A DNA stretch of 64,000 nucleotides from contig JAUCBJ010008604.1 of the NCBI GenBank assembly GCA_032718475.1, forward strand, positions 1-64,000. Reading direction: 5' to 3'. Below the pieces are notes generated by a model, which saw only the letters and a list, made by a program, of their open reading frames with translations, was not told the DNA's origin and made no database searches. The first letter of the stretch is position 1. Every line of letters begins with the position of its first letter. Shown one piece after another: positions 33,681 to 47,114 of this stretch. Source of the stretch: Nemertoderma westbladi. Its lineage: Eukaryota; Animalia; Xenacoelomorpha. The position numbers and the translations under genes are program-made.

Positions 33681-34788
33681 GTCGCAAAACGGGTACAAGG
33701 GACTGTTGCGGGCTACTAATTGACTTGAGGTATATAGGCCTCAAGTCAATTAATTAGTGCGTTTTGACAACAGGAAGCGAATGAGGGAGATCCCTATATA
33801 CTTGGTTGTCAATCATCTACTACAAGATATTAATGTATTACAATTCTCCATGTAAAGTGTGTTGATAACGTTTTACCGTTATGAACATTAAGGGGAGGAG
33901 GGGGTTTCTCACAAAGATAAAAATAACTCGAAAGAGGAAAGCAATTAGTCTACATTTATTGCGCCCCATTTTATGTTTATTTGTTTGTTTGTTTATTTAC
34001 AGAAGCGAGGTCAATTGTATTTTTAGTCTGAATAAAGCGCCATTTTGTTTTATTTTATATTTATAATTATTACAGTTCAGAATATTCTCCACTAAACAAT
34101 CAACCTTTCTATTATTCTGATCTACTAAGGACCGATCTTTTACCGAAATATTTTAATTTATAATATAAAGTATTTAGTAATTAGGAAGTTATTTTCCCAG
34201 TAGCCAACCCAAACCAATGCTAAATATCAGGGTTATAATAATAAGTACAGCACAGGGATTAAAATGTTTAGGTTTGTTAAAAAATATGACAAAAATATGG
34301 ACAGGTTTGCTGTGGTCGTGATGGGTTAAGATATTATTGATATTAAATAAACGAAATACTGCTGCTGAAACGAATGACATTGCAGTTGTGTATCATATTA
34401 CTGATTAGCTCGTCTGTCCTCATCCTGTTAGTCACCCCCTGCTGGTCACGCACAAACCAACATTGGCTTGTAACCCAAACCCTGCCATAATTTAAGCCAT
34501 TTGGCCATCGGGCCGTGTTGGGCATAATGTCATGTCGTATTTCCCATATAGTAATACGAAATTTATAATCATTTATTGATACAATTTGTATTGATGGTAC
34601 AATTATATTATTTAAAAGGCCCCATTATTCCCTCACCTAATAATACCTGTAATGCGGTATTCTTTTTACAATGTGAGCCCTTTAAAAACCCCGATTGAGC
34701 TCGTGTATTAGTTATCCACAATAGGGTTGGTGGGCAAAAAAATTATTGGGCTAGAAACAATTGAAAATAACGTGGTAATAAGCCCTGA

Positions 34789-37700
34789 ATCGAGTTGCGG
34801 GGTGTGTTTTTTGTATCGAGTTGCGGGGTGTGTTTTTTGTATCGAGTTGCGGGGTGTGTTTTTTGTATCGAGTTGCGGGGTGTGTTTTTTGTATCGAGTT
34901 GCGGGGTGTGTTTGTTGTATCGAGTTGCGGGGTGTGTTTTTTGTATCGAGTTGCGGGGTGTGTTTTTTGTATCGAGTTGCGGGGTGTGTTTTTTGTATCG
35001 AGTTGCGGGGTGTGTTTTTTGTATCGAGTTGCGGGGTGTGTTTTTTGTATCGAGTTGCGGGGTGTGTTTGTTGTATCGAGTTGCGGGGTGTGTTTTTTGT
35101 ATCGAGTTGCGGGGTGTGTTTTTTGTATCGAGTTGCGGGGTGTGTTTTTTGTATCGAGTTGCGGGGTGTGTTTTTTGTATCGAGTTGCGGGGTGTGTTTT
35201 TTGTATCGAGTTGCGGGGTGTGTTTTTTGAATCGAGTTGCGGGGTGCGTTTTTTGTATCGAGTTGCGGGGTGTGTTTTTTGTATCGAGTTGCGGGGTGTG
35301 TTTTTTGTATCGAGTTGCGGGATGTGTTTTTTGTATCGAGTTGCGGGGTGTGTTTTTTGTATCGAGTTGCGGGGTGTGTTTTTTGTATCGAGTTGCGGGG
35401 TGTGTTTTTTGTATCGAGTTGCGGGGTGTGTTTTTTGTATCGAGTTGCGGGGTGTGTGTTTTTTGTATCGAGTTGCGGGGTGTGTTTTTTGTATCGAGTT
35501 GCGGGGTGTGTTTTTTGAATCGAGTTGCGGGGTGCGTTTTTTGTATCGAGTTGCGGGGTGTGTTTTTTGTATCGAGTTGCGGGGTGTGTTTTTTGTATCG
35601 AGTTGCGGGGTGTGTTTTTTGTATCGAGTTGCGGGGTGTGTTTTTTGTATCGAGTTGCGGGGTGTGTTTGTTGTATCGAGTTGCGGGGTGTGTTTTTTGT
35701 ATCGAGTTGCGGGGTGTGTTTTTTGTATCGAGTTGCGGGGTGTGTTTTTTGTATCGAGTTGCGGGGTGTGTTTTTTGTATCGAGTTGCGGGGTGTGTTTT
35801 TTGAATCGAGTTGCGGGGTGCGTTTTTTGTATCGAGTTGCGGGGTGTGTTTTTTGTATCGAGTTGCGGGGTGTGTTTTTTGTATCGAGTTGCGGGATGTG
35901 TTTTTTGTATCGAGTTGCGGGGTGTGTTTTTTGTATCGAGTTGCGGGGTGTGTTTTTTGTATCGAGTTGCGGGGTGTGTTTTTTGTATCGAGTTGCGGGG
36001 TGTGTTTTTTGTATCGAGTTGCGGGGTGTGTGTTTTTTGTATCGAGTTGCGTGGTGTGTTTGTTGTATCGAGTTGCGGGGTGTGTTTTTTGTATCGAGTT
36101 GCGGGGTGTGTTTTTTGTATCGAGTTGCGGGGTGTGTTTTTTGTATCGAGTTGCGGGGTGTGTTTTTTCTATCGAGTTGTGGGGTGTGTTTTTTGTATCG
36201 AGTTGCGGGGTGTGTTTTTTGTATCGAGTTGCGGGGTGTGTTTTTTGTGTCGAGTTGCGGGGTGTGTTTTTTGTATCGAGTTGCGGGGTGTGTTTTTTGT
36301 ATCGAGTTGCGGGGTGTGTTTTTTGTATCGAGTTGCGGGGTGTATTTTTTGTATCGAGTTGCGGGGTGTGTTTTTTGTATCGAGTTGCGGGGTGTGTTTT
36401 TTGTATCGAGTTGCGGGGTGTGTTTTTTGAATCGAGTTGCGGGGTGCGTTTTTTGTATAGAGTTGCGGGGTGTGTTTTTTGTATCGAGTTGCGGGGTGTG
36501 TTTTTTGTGTCGAGTTGCGGGGTGTGTTTTTTGTGTCGAGTTGCGGGGTGTGTTTTTTGTATCGAGTTGCGGGGTGTGTTTTTTGTATCGAGTTGAGGGG
36601 TGTGTTTTTTGTATCGAGTTGCGGGGTGTGTTTTTTGTATCGAGTTGCGGGGTGTGTTTTTTGTATCGAGTTGCGGGGTGTGTTTTTTGTATCGAGTTGC
36701 GGGGTGTGTTTTTTTGTATCGAGTTGCGGGGTGTGTTTTTTGTATCGAGTTGCGGGGTGTGTTTTTTGTATCGAGTTGCGGGGTGTGTTTTTTGTATCGA
36801 GTTGCGGGGTGTGTTTTTTGTATCGAGTTGCGGGGTGTGTTTTTTGTATCGAGTTGCGGGGTGTGTTTTTTGTATCGAGTTGCGGGGTGTGTTTTTTGTA
36901 TCGAGTTGCGGGGTGTGTTTTTTGTATCGAGTTGCGGGGTGTGTTTTTTGTATCGAGTTGCGGGGTGTGTTTTTTGTGTCGAGTTGCGGGGTGTGTTTTT
37001 TGTGTCGAGTTGCGGGGTGTGTTTTTTGTATCGAGTTGCGGGGTGTGTTTTTTGTATCGAGTTGAGGGGTGTGTTTTTTGTATCGAGTTGAGGGGTGTGT
37101 TTTTTGTATCGAGTTGCGGGGTGTGTTTTTTGTATCGAGTTGCGGGGTGTGTTTTTTGTATCGAGTTGCGGGGTGTGTTTTTTGTGTCGAGTTGCGGGGT
37201 GTGTTTTTTGTATCGAGTTGCGGGGTGTGTTTTTTGTATCGAGTTGCGGGGTGTGTTTTTTGTATCGAGTTGCGGGGTGTGTTTTTTGTATCGAGTTGCG
37301 GGGTGTGTTTTTTGTATCGAGTTGCGGGGTGTGTTTTTTGTATCGAGTTGCGGGGTGTGTTTTTTGTATCGAGTTGCGGGGTGTGTTTTTTGTATCGAGT
37401 TGCGGGGTGTGTTTTTTGTATCGAGTTGCGGGGTGTGTTTTTTGTATCGAGTTGCGGGGTGTGTTTTTTGTATCGAGTTGCGGGGTGTGTTTTTTGTATC
37501 GAGTTGCGGGGTGTGTTTTTTGTATCGAGTTGCGGGGTGTGTTTTTTGTATCGAGTTGCGGGGTGTGTTTTTTGTATCGAGTTGCGGGGTGTGTTTTTTG
37601 TATCGAGTTGCGGGGTGTGTTTTTTGTATCGAGTTGCGGGGTGTGTTTTTTGTATCGAGTTGCGGGGTGTGTTTTTTGTATCGAGTTGCGGGGTGTGTTT

Positions 37701-40700
37701 TTTGTATCGAGTTGCGGGGTGTGTTTTTTGTATCGAGTTGCGGGGTGTGTTTTTTGTATCGAGTTGCGGGGTGTGTTTTTTGTATCGAGTTGCGGGGTGT
37801 GTTTTTTGTATCGAGTTGCGGGGTGCGTTTTTTGTATCGAGTTGCGGGGTGCGTTTTTTGTATCGAGTTGCGGGGTGTGTTTTTTTAATCGAGTTGCGGG
37901 GTGCGTTTTTTGTATCGAGTTGCGGGGTGTGTTTTTTGTATCGAGTTGCGGGGTGTGTTTTTTGTATCGAGTTGCGGGGTGCGTTTTTTGTATCGAGTTG
38001 CGGGGTGTGTTTTTTTATCGAGTTGCGGGGTGCGTTTTTTGTATCGAGTTGCGGGGTGTGTTTTTTGTATCAAGTTGCGGGGTGTGTTTTTTGTATCGAG
38101 TTGCGGGGTGTGTTTTTTGTATCGAGTTGCGGGGTGTGTTTTTTGTATCGAGTTGCGGGGTGTGTTTTTTGTATCGAGTTGCGGGGTGTGTTTTTTGTAT
38201 CGAGTTGCGGGGTGTGTTTTTTGTATCGAGTTGCGGGGTGTGTTTTTTGTATCGAGTTGCGGGGTGTGTTTTTTGTATCGAGTTGCGGGGTGTGTTTTTT
38301 GTATCGAGTTGCGGGGTGTGTTTTTTGTATCGAGTTGCGGGGTGTGTTTTTTGTATCGAGTTGCGGGGTGTGTTTTTTGTATCGAGTTGCGGGGTGTGTT
38401 TTTTGTATCGAGTTGCGGGGTGTGTTTTTTGTATCGAGTTGCGGGGTGTGTTTTTTGTATCGAGTTGCGGGGTGTGTTTTTTGTATCGAGTTGCGGGGTG
38501 TGTTTTTTGTATCGAGTTGCGGGGTGTGTTTTTTGTATCGAGTTGCGGGGTGTGTTTTTTGTATCGAGTTGCGGGGTGTGTTTTTTGTATCGAGTTGCGG
38601 GGTGTGTTTTTTGTATCGAGTTGCGGGGTGTGTTTTTTGTATCGAGTTGCGGGGTGTGTTTTTTGTATCGAGTTGCGGGGTGTGTTTTTTGTATCGAGTT
38701 GCGGGGTGTGTTTTTTGTATCGAGTTGCGGGGTGTGTTTTTTGTATCGAGTTGCGGGGTGTGTTTTTTGTATCGAGTTGCGGGGTGTGTTTTTTGTATCG
38801 AGTTGCGGGGTGTGTTTTTTGTATCGAGTTGCGGGGTGTGTTTTTTGTATCGAGTTGCGGGGTGTGTTTTTTGTATCGAGTTGCGGGGTGTGTTTTTTGT
38901 ATCGAGTTGCGGGGTGTGTTTTTTGTATCGAGTTGCGGGGTGTGTTTTTTGTATCGAGTTGCGGGGTGTGTTTTTTGTATCGAGTTGCGGGGTGTGTTTT
39001 TTGTATCGAGTTGCGGGGTGTGTTTTTTGTATCGAGTTGCGGGGTGTGTTTTTTGTATCGAGTTGCGGGGTGTGTTTTTTGTATCGAGTTGCGGGGTGTG
39101 TTTTTTGTATCGAGTTGCGGGGTGTGTTTTTTGTATCGAGTTGCGGGGTGTGTTTTTTGTATCGAGTTGCGGGGTGTGTTTTTTGTATCGAGTTGCGGGG
39201 TGTGTTTTTTGTATCGAGTTGCGGGGTGTGTTTTTTGTATCGAGTTGCGGGGTGTGTTTTTTGTATCGAGTTGCGGGGTGTGTTTTTTGTATCGAGTTGC
39301 GGGGTGTGTTTTTTGTATCGAGTTGCGGGGTGTGTTTTTTGTATCGAGTTGCGGGGTGTGTTTTTTGTATCGAGTTGCGGGGTGTGTTTTTTGTATCGAG
39401 TTGCGGGGTGTGTTTTTTGTATCGAGTTGCGGGGTGTGTTTTTTGTATCGAGTTGCGGGGTGTGTTTTTTGTATCGAGTTGCGGGGTGTGTTTTTTGTAT
39501 CGAGTTGCGGGGTGTGTTTTTTGTATCGAGTTGCGGGGTGTGTTTTTTGTATCGAGTTGCGGGGTGTGTTTTTTGTATCGAGTTGCGGGGTGTGTTTTTT
39601 GTATCGAGTTGCGGGGTGTGTTTTTTGTATCGAGTTGCGGGGTGTGTTTTTTGTATCGAGTTGCGGGGTGTGTTTTTTGTATCGAGTTGCGGGGTGTGTT
39701 TTTTGTATCGAGTTGCGGGGTGTGTTTTTTGTATCGAGTTGCGGGGTGTGTTTTTTGTATCGAGTTGCGGGGTGTGTTTTTTGTATCGAGTTGCGGGGTG
39801 TGTTTTTTGTATCGAGTTGCGGGGTGTGTTTTTTGTATCGAGTTGCGGGGTGTGTTTTTTGTATCGAGTTGCGGGGTGTGTTTTTTGTATCGAGTTGCGG
39901 GGTGTGTTTTTTGTATCGAGTTGCGGGGTGTGTTTTTTGTATCGAGTTGCGGGGTGTGTTTTTTTAATCGAGTTGCGGGGTGCGTTTTTTGTATCGAGTT
40001 GCGGGGTGTGTTTTTTGTATCGAGTTGCGGGGTGTGTTTTTTGTATCGAGTTGCGGGGTGCGTTTTTTGTATCGAGTTGCGGGGTGTGTTTTTTTAATCG
40101 AGTTGCGGGGTGCGTTTTTTGTATCGAGTTGCGGGGTGTGTTTTTTGTATCGAGTTGCGGGGTGTGTTTTTTGTATCGAGTTGCGGGGTGTGTTTTTTGT
40201 ATCGAGTTGCGGGGTGTGTTTTTTGTATCGAGTTGCGGGGTGTGTTTTTTGTATCGAGTTGCGGGGTGTGTTTTTTGTATCGAGTTGCGGGGTGTGTTTT
40301 TTGTATCGAGTTGCGGGGTGTGTTTTTTGTATCGAGTTGCGGGGTGTGTTTTTTGTATCGAGTTGCGGGGTGTGTTTTTTGTATCGAGTTGCGGGGTGTG
40401 TTTTTTGTATCGAGTTGCGGGGTGTGTTTTTTGTATCGAGTTGCGGGGTGTGTTTTTTGTATCGAGTTGCGGGGTGTGTTTTTTGTATCGAGTTGCGGGG
40501 TGTGTTTTTTGTATCGAGTTGCGGGGTGTGTTTTTTGTATCGAGTTGCGGGGTGTGTTTTTTGTATCGAGTTGCGGGGTGTGTTTTTTGTATCGAGTTGC
40601 GGGGTGTGTTTTTTGTATCGAGTTGCGGGGTGTGTTTTTTGTATCGAGTTGCGGGGTGTGTTTTTTGTATCGAGTTGCGGGGTGTGTTTTTTGTATCGAG

Positions 40701-43700
40701 TTGCGGGGTGTGTTTTTTGTATCGAGTTGCGGGGTGTGTTTTTTGTATCGAGTTGCGGGGTGTGTTTTTTGTATCGAGTTGCGGGGTGTGTTTTTTGTAT
40801 CGAGTTGCGGGGTGTGTTTTTTGTATCGAGTTGCGGGGTGTGTTTTTTGTATCGAGTTGCGGGGTGTGTTTTTTGTATCGAGTTGCGGGGTGTGTTTTTT
40901 GTATCGAGTTGCGGGGTGTGTTTTTTGTATCGAGTTGCGGGGTGTGTTTTTTGTATCGAGTTGCGGGGTGTGTTTTTTGTATCGAGTTGCGGGGTGTGTT
41001 TTTTGTATCGAGTTGCGGGGTGTGTTTTTTGTATCGAGTTGCGGGGTGTGTTTTTTGTATCGAGTTGCGGGGTGTGTTTTTTGTATCGAGTTGCGGGGTG
41101 TGTTTTTTGTATCGAGTTGCGGGGTGTGTTTTTTGTATCGAGTTGCGGGGTGTGTTTTTTGTATCGAGTTGCGGGGTGTGTTTTTTGTATCGAGTTGCGG
41201 GGTGTGTTTTTTGTATCGAGTTGCGGGGTGTGTTTTTTGTATCGAGTTGCGGGGTGTGTTTTTTGTATCGAGTTGCGGGGTGTGTTTTTTGTATCGAGTT
41301 GCGGGGTGTGTTTTTTGTATCGAGTTGCGGGGTGTGTTTTTTGTATCGAGTTGCGGGGTGTGTTTTTTGTATCGAGTTGCGGGGTGTGTTTTTTGTATCG
41401 AGTTGCGGGGTGTGTTTTTTGTATCGAGTTGCGGGGTGTGTTTTTTGTATCGAGTTGCGGGGTGTGTTTTTTGTATCGAGTTGCGGGGTGTGTTTTTTGT
41501 ATCGAGTTGCGGGGTGTGTTTTTTGTATCGAGTTGCGGGGTGTGTTTTTTGTATCGAGTTGCGGGGTGTGTTTTTTGTATCGAGTTGCGGGGTGTGTTTT
41601 TTGTATCGAGTTGCGGGGTGTGTTTTTTGTATCGAGTTGCGGGGTGTGTTTTTTGTATCGAGTTGCGGGGTGTGTTTTTTGTATCGAGTTGCGGGGTGTG
41701 TTTTTTGTATCGAGTTGCGGGGTGTGTTTTTTGTATCGAGTTGCGGGGTGTGTTTTTTGTATCGAGTTGCGGGGTGTGTTTTTTGTATCGAGTTGCGGGG
41801 TGTGTTTTTTGTATCGAGTTGCGGGGTGTGTTTTTTGTATCGAGTTGCGGGGTGTGTTTTTTGTATCGAGTTGCGGGGTGTGTTTTTTGTATCGAGTTGC
41901 GGGGTGTGTTTTTTGTATCGAGTTGCGGGGTGTGTTTTTTGTATCGAGTTGCGGGGTGTGTTTTTTGTATCGAGTTGCGGGGTGTGTTTTTTGTATCGAG
42001 TTGCGGGGTGTGTTTTTTGTGTCGAGTTGCGGGGTGTGTTTTTTGTGTCGAGTTGCGGGGTGTGTTTTTTGTATCGAGTTGCGGGGTGTGTTTTTTGTAT
42101 CGAGTTGCGGGGTGTGTTTTTTGTATCGAGTTGCGGGGTGTGTTTTTTGTATCGAGTTGCGGGGTGTGTTTTTTGTATCGAGTTGCGGGGTGTGTTTTTT
42201 GTATCGAGTTGCGGGGTGTGTTTTTTGTATCGAGTTGCGGGGTGTGTTTTTTGTATCGAGTTGCGGGGTGTGTTTTTTGTATCGAGTTGCGGGGTGTGTT
42301 TTTTGTATCGAGTTGCGGGGTGTGTTTTTTGTATCGAGTTGCGGGGTGTGTTTTTTGTATCGAGTTGCGGGGTGTGTTTTTTGTATCGAGTTGCGGGGTG
42401 TGTTTTTTGTATCGAGTTGCGGGGTGTGTTTTTTGTATCGAGTTGCGGGGTGTGTTTTTTGTATCGAGTTGCGGGGTGTGTTTTTTGTATCGAGTTGCGG
42501 GGTGTGTTTTTTGTATCGAGTTGCGGGGTGTGTTTTTTGTATCGAGTTGCGGGGTGTGTTTTTTGTATCGAGTTGCGGGGTGTGTTTTTTGTATCGAGTT
42601 GCGGGGTGTGTTTTTTGTATCGAGTTGCGGGGTGTGTTTTTTGTATCGAGTTGCGGGGTGTGTTTTTTGTATCGAGTTGCGGGGTGTGTTTTTTGTATCG
42701 AGTTGCGGGGTGTGTTTTTTGTATCGAGTTGCGGGGTGTGTTTTTTGTATCGAGTTGCGGGGTGTGTTTTTTGTATCGAGTTGCGGGGTGTGTTTTTTGT
42801 ATCGAGTTGCGGGGTGTGTTTTTTGTATCGAGTTGCGGGGTGTGTTTTTTGTATCGAGTTGCGGGGTGTGTTTTTTGTATCGAGTTGCGGGGTGTGTTTT
42901 TTGTATCGAGTTGCGGGGTGTGTTTTTTGTATCGAGTTGCGGGGTGTGTTTTTTGTATCGAGTTGCGGGGTGTGTTTTTTGTATCGAGTTGCGGGGTGTG
43001 TTTTTTGTATCGAGTTGCGGGGTGTGTTTTTTGTATCGAGTTGCGGGGTGTGTTTTTTGTATCGAGTTGCGGGGTGTGTTTTTTGTATCGAGTTGCGGGG
43101 TGTGTTTTTTGTATCGAGTTGCGGGGTGTGTTTTTTGTATCGAGTTGCGGGGTGTGTTTTTTGTATCGAGTTGCGGGGTGTGTTTTTTGTATCGAGTTGC
43201 GGGGTGTGTTTTTTGTATCGAGTTGCGGGGTGTGTTTTTTGTATCGAGTTGCGGGGTGTGTTTTTTGTATCGAGTTGCGGGGTGTGTTTTTTGTATCGAG
43301 TTGCGGGGTGTGTTTTTTGTATCGAGTTGCGGGGTGTGTTTTTTGTATCGAGTTGCGGGGTGTGTTTTTTGTATCGAGTTGCGGGGTGTGTTTTTTGTAT
43401 CGAGTTGCGGGGTGTGTTTTTTGTATCGAGTTGCGGGGTGTGTTTTTTGTATCGAGTTGCGGGGTGTGTTTTTTGTATCGAGTTGCGGGGTGTGTTTTTT
43501 GTATCGAGTTGCGGGGTGTGTTTTTTGTATCGAGTTGCGGGGTGTGTTTTTTGTATCGAGTTGCGGGGTGTGTTTTTTGTATCGAGTTGCGGGGTGTGTT
43601 TTTTGTATCGAGTTGCGGGGTGTGTTTTTTGTATCGAGTTGCGGGGTGTGTTTTTTGTATCGAGTTGCGGGGTGTGTTTTTTGTATCGAGTTGCGGGGTG

Positions 43701-46544
43701 TGTTTTTTGTATCGAGTTGCGGGGTGTGTTTTTTGTATCGAGTTGCGGGGTGTGTTTTTTGTATCGAGTTGCGGGGTGTGTTTTTTGTATCGAGTTGCGG
43801 GGTGTGTTTTTTGTATCGAGTTGCGGGGTGTGTTTTTTGTATCGAGTTGCGGGGTGTGTTTTTTGTATCGAGTTGCGGGGTGTGTTTTTTGTATCGAGTT
43901 GCGGGGTGTGTTTTTTGTATCGAGTTGCGGGGTGTGTTTTTTGTATCGAGTTGCGGGGTGTGTTTTTTGTATCGAGTTGCGGGGTGTGTTTTTTGTATCG
44001 AGTTGCGGGGTGTGTTTTTTGTATCGAGTTGCGGGGTGTGTTTTTTGTATCGAGTTGCGGGGTGTGTTTTTTGTATCGAGTTGCGGGGTGTGTTTTTTGT
44101 ATCGAGTTGCGGGGTGTGTTTTTTGTATCGAGTTGCGGGGTGTGTTTTTTGTATCGAGTTGCGGGGTGTGTTTTTTGTATCGAGTTGCGGGGTGTGTTTT
44201 TTGTATCGAGTTGCGGGGTGTGTTTTTTGTATCGAGTTGCGGGGTGTGTTTTTTGTATCGAGTTGCGGGGTGTGTTTTTTGTATCGAGTTGCGGGGTGTG
44301 TTTTTTGTATCGAGTTGCGGGGTGTGTTTTTTGTATCGAGTTGCGGGGTGTGTTTTTTGTATCGAGTTGCGGGGTGTGTTTTTTGTATCGAGTTGCGGGG
44401 TGTGTTTTTTGTATCGAGTTGCGGGGTGTGTTTTTTGTATCGAGTTGCGGGGTGTGTTTTTTGTATCGAGTTGCGGGGTGTGTTTTTTGTATCGAGTTGC
44501 GGGGTGTGTTTTTTGTATCGAGTTGCGGGGTGTGTTTTTTGTATCGAGTTGCGGGGTGTGTTTTTTGTATCGAGTTGCGGGGTGTGTTTTTTGTATCGAG
44601 TTGCGGGGTGTGTTTTTTGTATCGAGTTGCGGGGTGTGTTTTTTGTATCGAGTTGCGGGGTGTGTTTTTTGTATCGAGTTGCGGGGTGTGTTTTTTGTAT
44701 CGAGTTGCGGGGTGTGTTTTTTGTATCGAGTTGCGGGGTGTGTTTTTTGTATCGAGTTGCGGGGTGTGTTTTTTGTATCGAGTTGCGGGGTGTGTTTTTT
44801 GTATCGAGTTGCGGGGTGTGTTTTTTGTATCGAGTTGCGGGGTGTGTTTTTTGTATCGAGTTGCGGGGTGTGTTTTTTGTATCGAGTTGCGGGGTGTGTT
44901 TTTTGTATCGAGTTGCGGGGTGTGTTTTTTGTATCGAGTTGCGGGGTGTGTTTTTTGTGTCGAGTTGCGGGGTGTGTTTTTTGTATCGAGTTGCGGGGTG
45001 TGTTTTTTGTATCGAGTTGCGGGGTGTGTTTTTTGTATCGAGTTGCGGGGTGTGTTTTTTGTATCGAGTTGCGGGGTGTGTTTTTTGTATCGAGTTGCGG
45101 GGTGTGTTTTTTGTATCGAGTTGCGGGGTGTGTTTTTTGTATCGAGTTGCGGGGTGTGTTTTTTGTATCGAGTTGCGGGGTGTGTTTTTTGTATCGAGTT
45201 GCGGGGTGTGTTTTTTGTATCGAGTTGCGGGGTGTGTTTTTTGTATCGAGTTGCGGGGTGTGTTTTTTGTATCGAGTTGCGGGGTGTGTTTTTTGTGTCG
45301 AGTTGCGGGGTGTGTTTTTTGTGTCGAGTTGCGGGGTGTGTTTTTTGTATCGAGTTGCGGGGTGTGTTTTTTGTATCGAGTTGCGGGGTGTGTTTTTTGT
45401 ATCGAGTTGCGGGGTGTGTTTTTTGTATCGAGTTGCGGGGTGTGTTTTTTGTATCGAGTTGCGGGGTGTGTTTTTTGTATCGAGTTGCGGGGTGTGTTTT
45501 TTGTATCGAGTTGCGGGGTGTGTTTTTTGTATCGAGTTGCGGGGTGTGTTTTTTGTATCGAGTTGCGGGGTGTGTTTTTTGTATCGAGTTGCGGGGTGTG
45601 TTTTTTGTATCGAGTTGCGGGGTGTGTTTTTTGTATCGAGTTGCGGGGTGTGTTTTTGTATCGAGTTGCGGGGTGTGTTTTTTGTATCGAGTTGCGGGGT
45701 GTGTTTTTTGTATCGAGTTGCGGGGTGTGTTTTTTGTATCGAGTTGCGGGGTGTGTTTTTTGTATCGAGTTGCGGGGTGTGTTTTTTGTATCGAGTTGCG
45801 GGGTGTGTTTTTTGTATCGAGTTGCGGGGTGTGTTTTTTGTATCGAGTTGCGGGGTGTGTTTTTTGTATCGAGTTGCGGGGTGTGTTTTTTGTGTCGAGT
45901 TGCGGGGTGTGTTTTTTGTATCGAGTTGCGGGGTGTGTTTTTTGTATCGAGTTGCGGGGTGTGTTTTTTGTATCGAGTTGCGGGGTGTGTTTTTTGTATC
46001 GAGTTGCGGGGTGTGTTTTTTTTATCGAGTTGCGGGGTGTGTTTTTTGTGTCGAGTTGCGGGGTGTGTTTTTTGTGTCGAGTTGCGGGGTGTGTTTTTTG
46101 TGTCGAGTTGCGGGGTGTGTTTTTTGTATCGAGTTGCGGGGTGTGTTTTTTGTATCGAGTTGCGGGGTGTGTTTTTTGTATCGAGTTGCGGGGTGTGTTT
46201 TTTGTATCGAGTTGCGGGGTGTGTTTTTTGTATCGAGTTGCGGGGTGTGTTTTTTGTATCGAGTTGCGGGGTGTGTTTTTTGTATCGAGTTGCGGGGTGT
46301 GTTTTTTGTATCGAGTTGCGGGGTGTGTTTTTTGTGTCGAGTTGCGGGGTGTGTTTTTTGTGTCGAGTTGCGGGGTGTGTTTTTTGTATCGAGTTGCGGG
46401 GTGTGTTTTTTATATCGAGTTGCGGGGTGTGTTTTTTGTATCGAGTTGCGGGGTGTGTTTTTTGTATCGAGTTGCGGGGTGTGTTTTTTGTATCGAGTTG
46501 CGGGGTGTGTTTTTTGTATCGAGTTGCGGGGTGTGTTTTTTGTA
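34789..46544. repeat. 26-bp satellite array (GTATCGAGTTGCGGGGTGTGTTTTTT)n, about 450 copies, 11.7 kb
   Basis: Direct reading; copy number is length divided by 26. Confidence 0.99.
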
Positions 46545-47114
46545 AAAACACGAGGAAATGGTCGAAATGGCGGGTTTAATGAATTAAGTTGTTAAGTTGT
46601 TAACAATATTGTGAACCTGTTAGATTGCCCAACCTATGCAAGCACTCAGACCTATCCGCCTATTGCATTGCAGTATCGGAGTATTGCTGTATTGCAGCTT
46701 AAGTTCATTAAGTTGAGTAAACATACTGCTGTGCCGCACTTAGGCTACCGGTTACCGCAACACATTTTTAATATGGAATAAATTTAATATAAAGGAGCTG
46801 AGTAGCCTATTGGGTACCAAACCAATTATTATAGTACCGGCTGACTGTTATTACAAGATTGGTGTTCTTATTAATCTGTATATTTAATCTGTAGGCCTTA
46901 CCGTACTCAATACAGCAGGGAACAATGTTCCTCATCATGAATTTAATTAATTATAGTATCAAAAGATGCGCAAGGCTGCTTTCAATTGATATAAGCCACG
47001 GTGAAATAATTGAGATTAATAATGTGTATTTGAATGGATCGAAAATCGCTGTCTATAGAAACCAAGAAAAAATATCAGATCACATTTGTAGTGACGACCG
47101 TAGTGACCTGTAGT

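Noticed and set aside
34727-46595. Giant ORFs (up to 3158 aa) of CVFCIELRGVFFVSS or KTHPATRYKK repeats
   Set aside because: Artefact of a stop-free 26-bp unit; the same peptide appears in all frames, and indels and stops occur freely.
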